A DNA stretch of 64,000 nt. It comes from Phoronis australis. Its lineage: Eukaryota > Animalia > Phoronida. The translations under genes were made by a program, and so were the position numbers. Location: positions 502,985-566,984 of the forward strand of contig NMRA01000008.1 in NCBI GenBank assembly GCA_002633005.1, read 5' to 3'. The notes below the pieces were generated by a model. It was given only the letters and a program-made list of their open reading frames with translations. It had not been told where the DNA came from and made no database searches. Shown here piece by piece: positions 12,132 through 24,341 of this stretch. Every line of letters starts with the position of its first letter. Within the stretch, counting starts at the first letter, position 1.

Positions 12132-14564
12132 TATATACTGGTAAAAATTATGCAAAGCGAATTGCCGTTTTAAGAAACAAAACTAAGGATTGCAACCTCG
12201 AACCACGGGCCAACATTTTTAAAGATGGCACAGTCCCGACCGAGTTACATTAGCGAATCACTCAAACAAGACAGTAAATTGGATAGCGATGATGGTCCGT
12301 TGATAGCGCGTTCCGTCGCCGGCAAAGTGACCTGCCGGACGTTGGCACAATTTCGAGTTGGCAAGCCGCCTAGTCAGACACAGAGACACATTGGTTTTAT
12401 TCGTGTTTGGATGTCGATTAGTGCAGAATATATATTTTTTCAGTCAAGGGCTCGTGTCGATGACCGCTCGACTGTGTCCGGTGTGCAAATATGTAGGCCA
12501 AAGATCAATGACCTTTCTTCAGATGCCCATCACATTTGTGACAACGAGGGTGATTTTCTACAATTTTGCTAATATGCCATGCGCAAGTGTATTGCGCTTC
12601 CGCCAAAACAGCAGGCATGAAGGAGCGTCCGATTTGTGCGCCTTTGTGTCACTGTTGGCCCATCCTCTCGAAACAGTCATGTTAGCTTAGTTTTTACCTA
12701 GTCTGAGCAACTGGGAAGCCAAGGCAAAACTGAGAGACCACGGCTGAAGACGTCCCGGGAAGGTGGGGAGGGAGCGGGGGGGGCTGGTACTGACTGTTCT
12801 TTTGACGGCCGCGGGGGTGCAGCTGGAAAATTTACCGTTTCGAAAAAAGCCACCCATCTAAAGAGCAGGAACCCCTGATTTGTAGGGAGTTTCCAAGAAG
12901 ACATCACTCACCTGTTGTAGGGGTTTCACGGTTTCGTAAACACCACTCTTTGTGTTTTTGTAGAAGTTATACCTAATTCCATAATTGCTTTCAGTCTCAG
13001 AGATTCTTAGAATGGTTTTATTTCGAAATAGTACAAGAGGAGATGCTGTGTCGTAAAAATTAATGCATCTTTTGCAATCAAAGCTTCAAAACTACACACA
13101 ATAATACTATTTTTTAGATGTGCGTGACTGGAAAAAAGAAGTTTAGAGCTGTCTCCCGTAGTGAGGAATTTGCCGCCTGAAAAGGCCTCCTTTAGTGGGA
13201 AAAGGTTTGTCAGAAGTCACTTCTATGGTGCCCTTTCGTAGGAAAGCCGAAAAAGACACCTTTCTGAGCATAACGTTACATTGGAGTATCCCTCAACAAA
13301 TGCAGTATGTTGGGCGCAGAGAACCTTCCATTATCCACAATGCCCAGTTGATTTAGCCAAAACCATGCACTCTCACTTGGCCAAATGAAGGCGCTGCAAA
13401 GGACCGTGGCGCGTGAGTCTCTGCCGGTTCCGAGTTGTACTCCATGACCCTCGGTCCAATCTACGAACTCTGGCGGGACTTGGACAAGATTTCATAAAAC
13501 AGCAGTATTAATCTCAACAGTTTTACCTGAAGCGCACCTATAAGACAGGCTAGCTGGTCTTTTTTTAATCATAGCTGCTCATATACTCAGGGCTTGAAAT
13601 ATTCCTCGTTTAAGAGAGATTCCTCTTTTTGGTTTCGATTTCCTCTTATTTCGTACCTGTTTTATCTTCATTTTGACTTAAATCATGCAAAAACGTTTAT
13701 TTGAACAACAAAAAATCTTTCTATCACACAAGTCTATTTATTTGTGGAACAATACATCACCTGAAAATTTTCCTTTTTTTGTCATTGGTCATTCCAAGTC
13801 CTGTATACTGTGCAGACCTGAGGTGTAAAACAGCCCAGGGTCTCTTCTTTTCTTGAACCCGAAGTTGCCTCGAACGCCCCGAAATTTTACCGGCGTCTTA
13901 TCCAAATAAGTCATCGAAACTCGAAAGCAAAGTTTTTCCATTGGAAACGTTTGTTAAATGAAACTCATGTACTCGTAGGCTTACGAAGTGGTCCAAACAC
14001 GTGTTGTACAACATTTTTTGTGAACATGCTCGAGCATAGCGCTGATTTGAACGGAAATAAACCCAGGATCAATGCCGTCTTCCGTCATACCATTTCCACT
14101 ACATTTCAATTGTGGTTTAGCCTAGCGGATATTTAGTGTGTTGTCTTAGGGGCAGAAACAATTCAGTATTCCGGCCATAAATACTCTACCCAGTCTGCTA
14201 TAAGACGAGTACACCCAGAAGCTCAGTCTATGGCACACCGAGTGAGTATCCGGCCAGCGCCGCAGACTCCGAAATTTCTCTGAGTGTCTCCCCATTTAGT
14301 TTCAGGTCCAACCCAGTTCCCAATAGGGTCATTTAGATACCGGTTAGACACAAGGTCAGGGATGGATTTGATATGCAGCTATTACGTTTTCCTAAGATGT
14401 GAGTGGCGGTGATTGCAGTCATGGGATTTTTAGTTCCGAAGTGGAGACCCGCCGGGGCACCGATGGCATTGTGAGCCCCTCCTAGGGTTAACGTGTATGA
14501 AAAAGCAGTTGTAGTTCTCGAGCCGAGAGTACTAGGACTCGTGTTTTGTTATTTTTTTGCAATA

Positions 14565-15141
14565 CGGGGTGTCCCAGTGGCGGATTTAAGGGCCAAGGGC
14601 CCCTTGCCCCCCTAAAATTCTCCCATATTCCAATTGACACTTCGGGGGTGCGAATGTCTGACGGGCAAGATTCTGGCTAATACTCTGCCCTGCACCCCTT
14701 AACTCAAAATCCTGAATCCGCCCCTCTGTCCCAAAACGTGCTCACAATTCAGTAAACAACGCCGCGAGTACACCGTAACCAGTTCCTGTGGATTAGACTG
14801 TGCGCCACCTATCGTAATAGTGGTTACACCAATAACACAAATAGCTAGTGTATACAGCTCATTGGGTTACACCTTGCTGTGTAGGTGCGTGAGTCGTCAC
14901 GTGCTCTGTATGTATGGGAATGGCAAACAAATGCTCAGTTTTGAAGAATGAAGATTTGTTGCGCTGGAAACTTTTTTTAAAAAACGTCAAGGAACTGCAT
15001 AGGCAATTAAACGAATCTTTGCAATTTAATGGCAATGTAGTCATTTGATTTAAAGCCTTCTCCTCTTTATGAATTTAAACCATTAACCGGTCAGTAAACA
15101 CCGCAATTATTGCGACGTGGAGCCTACATCGAGACACCTTG
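14565..15141. mobile_element. Tc1/mariner-like MITE interrupted by a hAT-like MITE
   Basis: TA|CGGGGTGTCC...GAGACACCTTG|TA termini resemble CAGGGTGTCC TIRs with TA TSD; the left TIR is split by the insert at 14575 and resumes as TGTCCCAAAA. Confidence 0.5.
14575..14726 (+). mobile_element. GC-rich hAT-like MITE family A
   Basis: CAGTGGCGGAT...ATCCGCCCCT TIRs; body collinear with 36999-37167 and 32350-32665. Confidence 0.75.
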
Positions 15142-18100
15142 TATTTTGAAATATTATTGTCATGTAATTTTTGCTTAAGTTTAGAATTAAAAGAAATCAA
15201 GGCTAGATGTAATGCCATCTCTATATTGGCTAAGAAGCTGCTCGATTTTTTCAATTTTTAAAACCGCAAATTAGCGCTCCCAGTTTCGTCGCATTGTTTA
15301 TTTCACTTTGCGGCTAAATTCTCCTCAAAACCTATTTAATGCCGTTTGAAGTTTATAGTTTACATTTAATTATATTTATAATTTCCAAGTTCTAACTTAT
15401 TTATTTTGACACAAATATAGATTGTGTAGACACAACATTCTAGCGTTCAGTTTGCTCAGAAGTAAGATATGTGACGTCACAGAATGCAAAAACGAGACTG
15501 TTGCTGGTAAATGCCATTTTCTTTGATGTAGACGTCCTTACTGACCTTCCACTATTCTCATTTGCTAAATGGATTGAAATGGTTCTTGGTATGCCTGGAA
15601 TCCGCCGTGAAAGCGCTACTCGACTATAATTACTTTTCTATCAGTGGACAAGCTCAATGTATTCGTATTCATATTGTGGCCTGCCACCACGTGTCGCATG
15701 GGAAACACTTAAATCCTTATTTGTCCGATCACACTGGTTTTTGAACTTTTTGATTTTTATCATTTCAAACAATGAGGGCAGCAATTTTATGGACTTGTTG
15801 AATTTTTTAAGAAGTCCTAAGAAGTTGGGGTTATCAGTTTAAGATTCTCTCGTTTTCTCTCACCTCCCGTTCGGAAAATTATAAAAACGTGCGAGGTGGC
15901 CTTAGTCCCGGCACAAGGAAATATATCCATTTGCTTTCTCTAATAAAAGGTAGTTAAATGGTGGCTTTGAATTTCGAAAAAGTAGCAAACAGACTGTCGG
16001 CCACTTTGTCGTGAAAATCATATTTTATTTCTATAGAACTCGATTAGTGTGCGCAACCTTGAAATTTATGTTTTACTTGGTGCTTCGCTGCTGCTCATAG
16101 GCGTCAGCGTGTGCTTAACCAATGTTAGCCTGCGGCAAGATGGTACAACCAAGCACACTCTCTATCTAAACAGAGAGCGCTGTTAGACATTTAGGTAAAA
16201 CAAAACGATTTAATGTATAACATCAATACGTATACACAAAACCCGCGGTGGCTCTAGCCGGAGGGAATAAGAGCAACAAGGGAGTTAATTTTTTTCTCGA
16301 GCGTGCATGTTTATGGAGACGTGTCGTGTAAACGGCACAGAACATCGTCTGGTCCAAGCTTGTTCTGGCACGGCATGGCACGCAAACGGTGAATATAGCT
16401 TTAGGCCGTCTGCACATCTATGCGGTTGGTGCACGCCTCGTGCGTCTTAAATTGGATTTTTATTGGTGCAACGATATGCAGCAATACTTCCGTATGTCAT
16501 GTGTTAATGTAGTTAATGACAAGCACAACTGACAAGTACATTATGCATAATGCATTAGCTCAGTCTTTGTCGCTATGGTTCCTTCGCAGCGCTGGTCATC
16601 CCAATCGCGCATTGCTTTCCAATGGGGTTTAGAAGGTACAACACTCTTGTTGCTGATCGCTTCACGGGCGTAGGCTACAAACCACATTCAGTTGTTTTCA
16701 GTATATCTCGGTGGTATGGAATGAACCCTTCGTGGTCTGAAGATGAACTGGGTTTGTAATGAATCTTATAGACATAACAATAAGCATGTCAGTCGATTTT
16801 TGGGCTCATTATTTTGAGTTTAAACTCAGGTTGAAAGGGTCGACGATATGGCGGACAAGTGATATAACGCGGAGAGTGCCTTGTTTGTGTTGCGGAGTGC
16901 TCAACCTTTTTCACATTTTGAGTGATAAAATAAAACGTACCAAGCACCAGTCAGTAACGAAAACATGTTCACTAATTTACTTTACGGGTTTGGGCATTAC
17001 TGTCCAAACCGTGTTCCTATAGTCTACTGACCAAAGTAAAAACACCATCGCTGGTCTGTACACCGACTCATTTTGAGGCCTGCGCTCACCAAGTAATAAA
17101 AAATTCCCCACATCACTGATGGCTAAGGTCTGGAGGTGGAATTTATTTTTTTCTACTAGAAATCGAACTCGAAATTATTTTTAACGTTTTCCGTTCTTCT
17201 TTTGTGGAACACGAAACCTCGTCAAAAACATCTTGTAAGCAATTCCTGTCGAAAGTACCATCTCGCAACGTCTAGTACAGATTAATTCACTTTCCCCTGT
17301 GAAGAAATTTCCAGAAAAAATCACGAAATTTATAATTTTGAAATACTCGTGAAGGAAAAACTCTGTAGTTACCACAGAGTTTATGATGCCTCCCATTTAT
17401 GATAAATACGCACATGCGCTCACACTCAGTTGCTAGAAATCGCTTGAGGTCAAAGGTCGCATTTTCCATATAAGGGAAATTTGCTGCGTCTATGTCTTGC
17501 CGTACCAAATAAGGAGACGTGCTATGCCTTGTGGGAGAAAAATCGACGAAGTGGCGCGCAGTTGACAGATAGTTCATTGAAATTAGAAACTAAAATAAAA
17601 TGCTTTGGTACCAACAGAAATTAAAAATCTTTACGAACAAACCCTTAAAATACCGGGTGAGCAGGTTGACTTCTGTTTCAGTGGCAGAGAACCACTTCCA
17701 ATGTTGCAATTTAGTCTGTTTATCGCGTTCCAAGCCTCTTTAAAGCCGATGAGTTCGTAGTCCAGTTGGCCCCTAAATTCGAGCAAAACCTCGAGATTTC
17801 AAGTTCAGACTCAAACTTATAGCTTTAATGCTGAGGTCGTCAAGTGCAAACTTGGATTATAAGCACATCAGCGTAGACCATAATTTACTCGCCGTACATA
17901 ATTGATACACAAATTGAACAGAAAATAGAAAAAGTAATTTTGCGTTCAATTTCGAGTACAAAGATAAAACCGCGGGCCCTAGTGTTTTTCGTTTGAAAAG
18001 CTGCATAAAGACACCTAAGCAAGGTTTGAAACGCCATGATTTGTATCAAGCGATGAGTAAAAAAATACCATGTCATTTTTGTTCGTCCCAGGTTGTTTTT

Positions 18101-18297
18101 CTTAACTGAAAGAGTGAGCAACTGAAAAAAAAAACACATTAACCGACTCGATTCTCAAAGAAAAAACAATTTAGTAATTTTTTAAGTCGAGTTTCGATTA
18201 CAGAGATTAGACAGCGGACCCAGAACCAACTTTGTTTTTTTTCGCCTACTCTGCATTTTTGCATGTGGCCTAGTAAAATGAGCTGGTAATCAGTAGG

Positions 18298-18508
18298 CAG
18301 GGGAGGGTCAAGGATTTTTTAACAGGGGGGTCGGATCAAGGATTTTTTAACAGGGGGGTCAGATCAAGGATTTTTTAAAAAGGGGGGTCGGATCAATGAT
18401 TTTTTAAAAACGGGTCCAAATCAACAATTTAAAAATTCTAGACTTGAAATCCTAAAATCAAGGGAAAAAGGGAGGTCCGGACCACCTTAACCCCCCTGGA
18501 TCCGCCTA
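18298..18508 (+). mobile_element. hAT-like MITE with internal ~33-bp tandem repeats
   Basis: Repeated TCAAGGATTTTTTAACAGGGGGGGTCGGA-type unit (3-4 copies) and CCCCCCTGGATCCGCC 3' end. Confidence 0.6.
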
Positions 18509-19300
18509 GTATGATAGGATTGCTTTTAACTCAATCATAATTGCGAAGATCAAAGGGCCTCAAAAAACGGACAGGTTATGTTTGATGGGTTCCATATTCC
18601 ACAACCAATTTTCAGTCAGGTGGCACTGAACAGTTAAGCTGCGGCCGCGGCCAATTTGCACTCCAAAATATTAAACTTTTGGGGTAGGCCAAGTTTGCGG
18701 GCATTTTGTAGGTAGGCATTGCATGTAGGCTCAGTGAATGTGGTTTGTTTGTAATTGTGAACATCTGAGAATGAAAAAAATGCCACTTTCTCGGCTGTAG
18801 CTGCACTCTTCTGCAAGATGGTGGCCCCCTGTTGCAATTGTGAATTGCTGTGTAGCAACTGAGAAATTGGCCGCGATTTCAGGTAGCCTTCAAACAAGCC
18901 AGATTTGCAAAAACAGGTTGGTTGACAGTACTTTTGGACCACATTTTTGGAATTGGTAGGAAATTTGCTTTCGGAATCTAATGTTGGCTTTAGTCGAGCA
19001 TCGGCAGGGGGGTTTGGGGTGAAAAGTGCCGATTTTGCATTTTTTGCCCTTAGTTTTCTTAGTCTGACTTGGTTTCCATTGAGAGTGAAAGGGTCAAAAA
19101 TACAAGAGAGAATAAAGTTTCTGTGCTCATCTGTAGGGCTTGTGATGTGAAATGACTCAAAACTTTTCTTTATTTGCATGCAGTTTTTGACAGAGTGAAG
19201 AAAGGGTGAAGAGTCCAATGACGTGTGTTCTGACAGACAAACCCCTGTGAGAACTGTTAAGTGCCTCATCAATCAATACCCTGTAGGCTTAGTTACTTAA

Positions 19301-20003
19301 AGGGAAATTCAACCTTTTTCATGTCGTTTTTAGCAAAAATAAGGTTCTTTGGTTATCCCAGACATATTTTTCACTTAATCACAGCTTTTCGTAATTTAAA
19401 TATTTATTAGTCCTTTACTCCGGAAGTTACGTTTTGGGAGGCAAGAATTACGCGCCAGTTTCTTTTCATATAGTGTGACTGTGAGAGCTGTCGAGTCAGT
19501 CATTGTTATACCTCGTCTGTGACAAGTTCGGTCGTCGTTTGCTTTTGTTTACGAGTCAGTCAACATGCCACACCGTTACTACGAATCGGGATGTACTCAT
19601 TACTTGTCTAAAGTATTGGAGCTATTTAGAAGGTGCCAGGTGTGTGGCGAGGGAGTCACACGGCGGGATGTAAGCAGTTTGTGTGCTCAGGTCACCATCC
19701 AGTGGGAGTGTGTCGCGGGACACTCGGGCAAGTGGGACGATTGTTCCTCTGTCCATGAGACGATCATGAGTACATCTCGGTAAGCAGAAACAATGTGGCA
19801 TGTTGACTGACTCGTAAACAAAAGCAAACGACTACCGAACTAATCACAACAGAGGTAGAACAATGACTGACTCGGCAGCTCTCACAGTCAGACTACTGAT
19901 ATGAAAAGAAATTGTCGCGAAATAATTAAATATAAAATATGTCTGAGATAATCAACGAACCTTATTTTATAAAAAAGGACATGAAAAAAGGTTGCTTTTG
20001 CCG
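19301..20003. mobile_element. Non-autonomous Kolobok-like DNA transposon with transposase remnant
   Basis: TTAA at 19297-19300 and 20004-20007; long imperfect inverted arms (~19301-19572 vs ~19794-20003); the central ORF 19565-19783 has LELFRRCQVCG...VTIQWECVAGHSGKW, resembling the Cys/His N-terminal region of Kolobok-type transposases. Confidence 0.7.
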
Positions 20004-20384
20004 TTAACGCCGGGGGAGGTATCGTTACTAAATTTACAGACCACCAGTATATCTGTCAAGCAAAGTCTAAGTAAGCCTAACGCTCCTTATGTGTGTACAA
20101 AATATATAGTAACATATAAAGCATTCATGAAATGATTCATTAATCTGTTTGACTTTTTCTGTCAAAATCTAATGAATGGTCAATAAGTGACACTCAATTT
20201 GACCGAATAACATACAGTTCGCAACTGAACTGTACGATAAAAGCGTGCCTTGAAGTGCATGTCAAAAATAACGGCGCATTTTTTTAAATCTTTCTAGTAC
20301 CCCGAAAGTAATTGAGCACGGTCAAATATAATCTTAAAAACCGTATGAAATGATTAGAAACGGGCACTGATCTAAGTTGACTTG

Positions 20385-20702
20385 GGCTGCGTTCCGTGGA
20401 CCTAAAACATAAGCAAGAAATGTCCGTTCATGGGACGGAAACAGTGAATTCTGTCCCGTGCGAATTCATGCATTTTATTTCATAATTCCACATTAATACC
20501 AGGGGAAATAATGTGTTTATTTCCCAGTTCCAGCCTCACCTACCAATCCCTTCAGTGGCCGCCATTTTGCTACTTTACGACTGCGAGGCCTCGAACATAG
20601 GCCTACTTGCAAAACACTTGCCTTTCATCCGCGCCATTTTGCGTGGTTTTGCGTGATCTCGCTTTCCTCTCAAGCAATTTACTTGGCCTACGGAACGCAC
20701 CC
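20385..20702. mobile_element. Harbinger-like MITE
   Basis: TIRs GGCTGCGTTCCGT / ACGGAACGCACCC. Confidence 0.55.
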
Positions 20703-20780
20703 TTCCAGTTACTATAAACTCAGATTACTATATCTGAGCTTTAAATGTGAATAATACCGGAGTTTGCTGTTGATAGACTC

Positions 20781-21923
20781 TCACAGACACCGGTCACCAT
20801 TCGGGAAAGCTTGCAAATCTTGATATGCCGTGTGCATAGGGATGTAGGGAGGTGCTTGTTTCTGGATATTCCCGTGATCTTCCAGGTATGCACATGGGAC
20901 ACCAAAGGTCGCAACCTGCATGGCACGAAGAGACTTGCGGCACATAGACATCACAGTATTAAGATGTCTATGGTGCGGCATTAAAAAGGCGTCACTCGGT
21001 ACCTGCGGATGAAACAGTTTTATTCAAGGCAAGAGAGAGAGGGAGATGTCGAATTGGGTACATCGAGGTGAGGCCGGTCGAACCTACAAGGGAGCGTTTC
21101 TATTTTTTCATTACTGCAAAAGTTGCACAGAGCATGCGCGACGCACCATAGGGGGCTGGGGGGGGGGAGGGGGCTATAGTCCCTCCACTTTTTTCAGTGC
21201 TACACCGCACATGGTTTATAGGTGGTGCACCACAGGGGGGCTAAGGGGCTTTAGCCCCCACTTTTTTCAGAGCTGCGCCGCCCATGCAGAGAGCGCAGAC
21301 TAACCAGGAGGCCTAGTGGGATACTAAGTGGCCGCTTCCTTAATTATTCAAGACGGTGAGCTCGAGTCCCACTGGGGCACACTGCTAGACCCTTGAGTCA
21401 GATCTCTAGCTCCTCAGCTCGGTTTTGAAAATGGTTCCAAGTGATAGGTGCAATGGGCCGGCACCTTAGAGGCCTGCGCACGTCTGGTACAACGTTTACC
21501 CGGCGGACCGCCTGCAATTATTGTTTTAGACTGTCCCCGACCAAGGACCCAGCCCCCTAGTTAACTCCACTCGAGTTCCGCACCTGTCACTATCACTCAG
21601 TAACTATGATCACTCTTACATGTCTCGTCATGGTAACTGCATTTATACTGTAACAGTTTTGCGCCATGGAGTAACTTAAATTCTTACACGACTGGTTAAT
21701 AACACCGAGTACGTAATTTTTTATATTAGGCGAATCACAAAGTAGTGCAATTAAGTAGTAATACAAACGCCTTTAATTTCATTGTCTGCAAAACACTAAT
21801 ACCAACAACAAAACAATGCCGGAATTCCGTGAAGGTGACAAAGTTATGATTGGCAATTCGGGTGTCGCAACTGTACATACTCACAGTCAGAAGGACATGC
21901 AAACAACCCTTTAAACGACTCAT
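20781..21923 (-). CDS. Candidate two-exon orphan gene, 86 aa; exons 21923-21885 and 21002-20781
   Basis: GCCGAAG-ATG start, GTGAGT donor, TTTCATCCGCAG acceptor, in-frame phase-0 join; no recognisable domain. Confidence 0.35.
21133..21286. mobile_element. GC-rich hAT-like MITE (CATG...CATG termini), internally dimeric
   Basis: CATGCGCG...CGCCCATG TIRs, CAGAG directly repeated on both flanks, two copies of a GCACCA.AGGGGG...CCACTTTTTTCAG unit. Confidence 0.65.
21305..21528 (+). mobile_element. tRNA-derived SINE, copy 1
   Basis: A-box-like GGCCTAGTGG and B-box-like GCTCGAGTCCC; the body (CACACTGCTA.ACCCTTGAGTCAG...CTAGCTCCTCAGCTC...ACGTCTGGTACAA) is shared with 44582-44818. Confidence 0.75.
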
Positions 21924-22349
21924 CTTCGGCGGCAAATTTTCACGTTCATTCAAACGGAGACGAACCCCCAACTCGAGAAACCACGCGGTGAGACCATAAA
22001 CTGGTGAGACTGAGTAGCTGTGCCGTCTCAATTCAGTTAAGTTTTAATGTTACAACTTCAATGAGTATTTATAAGATTCTACGAAAGCTAAATGCAATTT
22101 ACACTGTTTAAAATAAATTTATTTAACAAAAAGTAACTGGGTTCGTTTTACATTACGCAAGCGTGGTTTTACAAAAGTTGCGTAACGTGGTTGAAAGTTT
22201 TAGACATGTCAGGTTTTTCGGCAAAAAGATCGTTTTTACGGTTCATGTGAGAAAACAAATCCTACACTCGTCTCTGGTTTGTGACATGGGCAAAACCTCT
22301 TGAAAATTTCACGAGTGTAGGATTTTCCATATCAGTGTCAACAAAGTCA

Positions 22350-22422
22350 AGGATCCACCGACCCTTGAACTCGGATCGCAGCGATTCAGAGTCCTGAGTG
22401 CTAACCATTACACCATGGAACA
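22350..22422 (-). pseudogene. tRNA-Gln(CTG) pseudogene
   Basis: Near-full copy of the neighbouring tRNA-Gln with acceptor-stem and T-stem mismatches, a 1-nt insertion at the anticodon stem, and only T3 downstream. Confidence 0.85.
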
Positions 22423-22760
22423 AGTACAGATATCGCTAGATGGATTTGTCCTCCCAAGATATTTTTGTTCGAGGAACACTGCCATCAACGAAACATATAT
22501 TCGCCACACTTCTTTGTGGGGGGCGGTGGCTGGGGTTAGTACTTTTGCTTTCCTATTTTGATACTATACATGTTCAGGGATTTCAAAATTTTTACAACAC
22601 AGCCACCGACAGCCTCATCTTCACCCCATACTTTTTACCTCCTCAGTTTGCCAGACGGTGACAGACAGAATGGCGTCACCACCTACACCCGAAAATAGTG
22701 ACGCATGATTCCGGGGAAATTAACTCCGGCGAAGCACAAAAAACGAGAGAACAAAAATTA

Positions 22761-22832
22761 AGGTTCCACCGAGATTTGAACTCGGATCGCAGGATTCAAA
22801 GTCCTGAGTGCTAACCATTACACCATGGAACC
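22761..22832 (-). tRNA. tRNA-Gln(TTG)
   Basis: Reverse complement GGTTCCATGGTGTAATGGTTAGCACTCAGGACT-TTG-AATCCTGCGATCCGAGTTCAAATCTCGGTGGAACCT; 72 nt, intact cloverleaf, T5 terminator. Confidence 0.97.
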
Positions 22833-23103
22833 GTTACGCTGCAATCAAGTAACAGGTAGCATCTAATCTGGCCGATCGACAAACTTGAAACACTGCAGCC
22901 ATTGCAAAAACACTTAGACCCGGATAAAAAACCAACTGCTTTTTTGCAACAATATGAGAATTTTCATGGGTCTAATGGGAATTTGGATTTATTCGCACTG
23001 GCTGGTTGCCGGGATAGGATATATTCCGAATCAGCATACCTGTACACCGGAGAAACACTCATGATCGACACCGTGGTTATCAGTGCCACTTCCGAGAAGG
23101 GAC

Positions 23104-23565
23104 CAGTGGCGGATCTACGTTTTCAGCAAGGGGGGGGTTAGGATTCCCGCCAAGGTCGAATCCTGGGCGCGTGGCACCGAGCGGGGGGAGGTCGGGAGGG
23201 GGAAACCCCCCTCCCGACCCGTGTAAGATATTTTTTTGTTTTTGTAGCCAAATAGTGAAATTTCCATGCATCCTGGAAAGTTTCTGGCACTTAACATGTC
23301 TTTGGAGTTTTTCTTAAGATAATTAAAAACCCCTCTCGATTTCGTCACATGAACGTGGCTCATAAGTTTCGTGAAACCGTATTGTGCACATCTGGGTATG
23401 AGTCACGCCACCAGCAAAAATTTTGTTGGAACATCTGCTTACACACACCTTTTTTAGCCTACGAAAAGTCGTATACGAAAAATTGTGGTGTTTATACAGG
23501 GGTTTAGACAANGGCCCAAGGGGGGGGTTTAAACCCCCTGAACCCCCCCCGTAGATCCGCCTCTG
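23104..23565. mobile_element. GC-rich hAT-like MITE
   Basis: TIRs CAGTGGCGGATCTACG / CGTAGATCCGCCTCTG; partial flank duplication GGGAC. Confidence 0.8.
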
Positions 23566-24269
23566 CGGGACTAGTTTATTTTTGACAATGGAGGGGAGTG
23601 CGCTTCCGGGGTATGTTCATTTTCAACATAAGCTAACACTGGCGGGGTGTATCCCAATGGTTAAAGAACCGTCAGGCAACAGACAATAAATAAGTACAGT
23701 CTCGCGTGCCTGGTGGTGCTCGGCAAATAGCCCGATATCTCAGTACAAAATTATAGAATTTAACTCGGTTATATATTTTCTAAAAGTAGAAACCCTGGAA
23801 AACGTGATTTTTTAAAGTATCCTAGTTATACTTCAGTGACTGAAATGGGACAAGTGGTCGTGCCCTTCTTGTAAAATTAGACAAAGGGTACGTTCATAGC
23901 AGAATAATAAAGATTTCATATAAAAACACGAATCTTACCAGCCACGAATCTAGCCATGCTGTCGACCTTGACCCTTTATTAACGGAATGCATATTTAAAC
24001 ATTTGTCATCGATCAGATTAAATTATTTATTTACAGTGGTCTGTCCCTCTGTTGTCCACAGTTATATATCTGATCTACCAACTATCCCTTTTCGATCTAC
24101 TCACTGGAATATCAGTTTTCCGGTTCTGCCAGCTAGGGACCACCCATGACCCTTCGTTCTTTTTTTCGGATATTCCACTTGTTTACATCCTTATTTCTTC
24201 TTTTCTATTGGTCACTTATTTCCTATATTTTGCCTTCGAAAAAAATTGCATTCAAAAGCTGTTTTAACT

Positions 24270-24341
24270 AGGTTCCACCGAGACTTGAACTCGGATCGCA
24301 GGATTCAGAGTCCTGAGTGCTAACCATTACACCATGGAACC
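24270..24341 (-). tRNA. tRNA-Gln(CTG)
   Basis: 72-nt intact cloverleaf, anticodon loop CT-CTG-AA, T4 run downstream. Confidence 0.97.

Noticed and set aside
12698-12912. GC-rich segment with splice-like ends on the minus strand
   Set aside because: Stops interrupt the frames tested and no partner exon was found.
23641-23670. tRNA 5'-half-like GGGGTGTATCCCAATGGTTAAAG
   Set aside because: No B box or 3' half follows.
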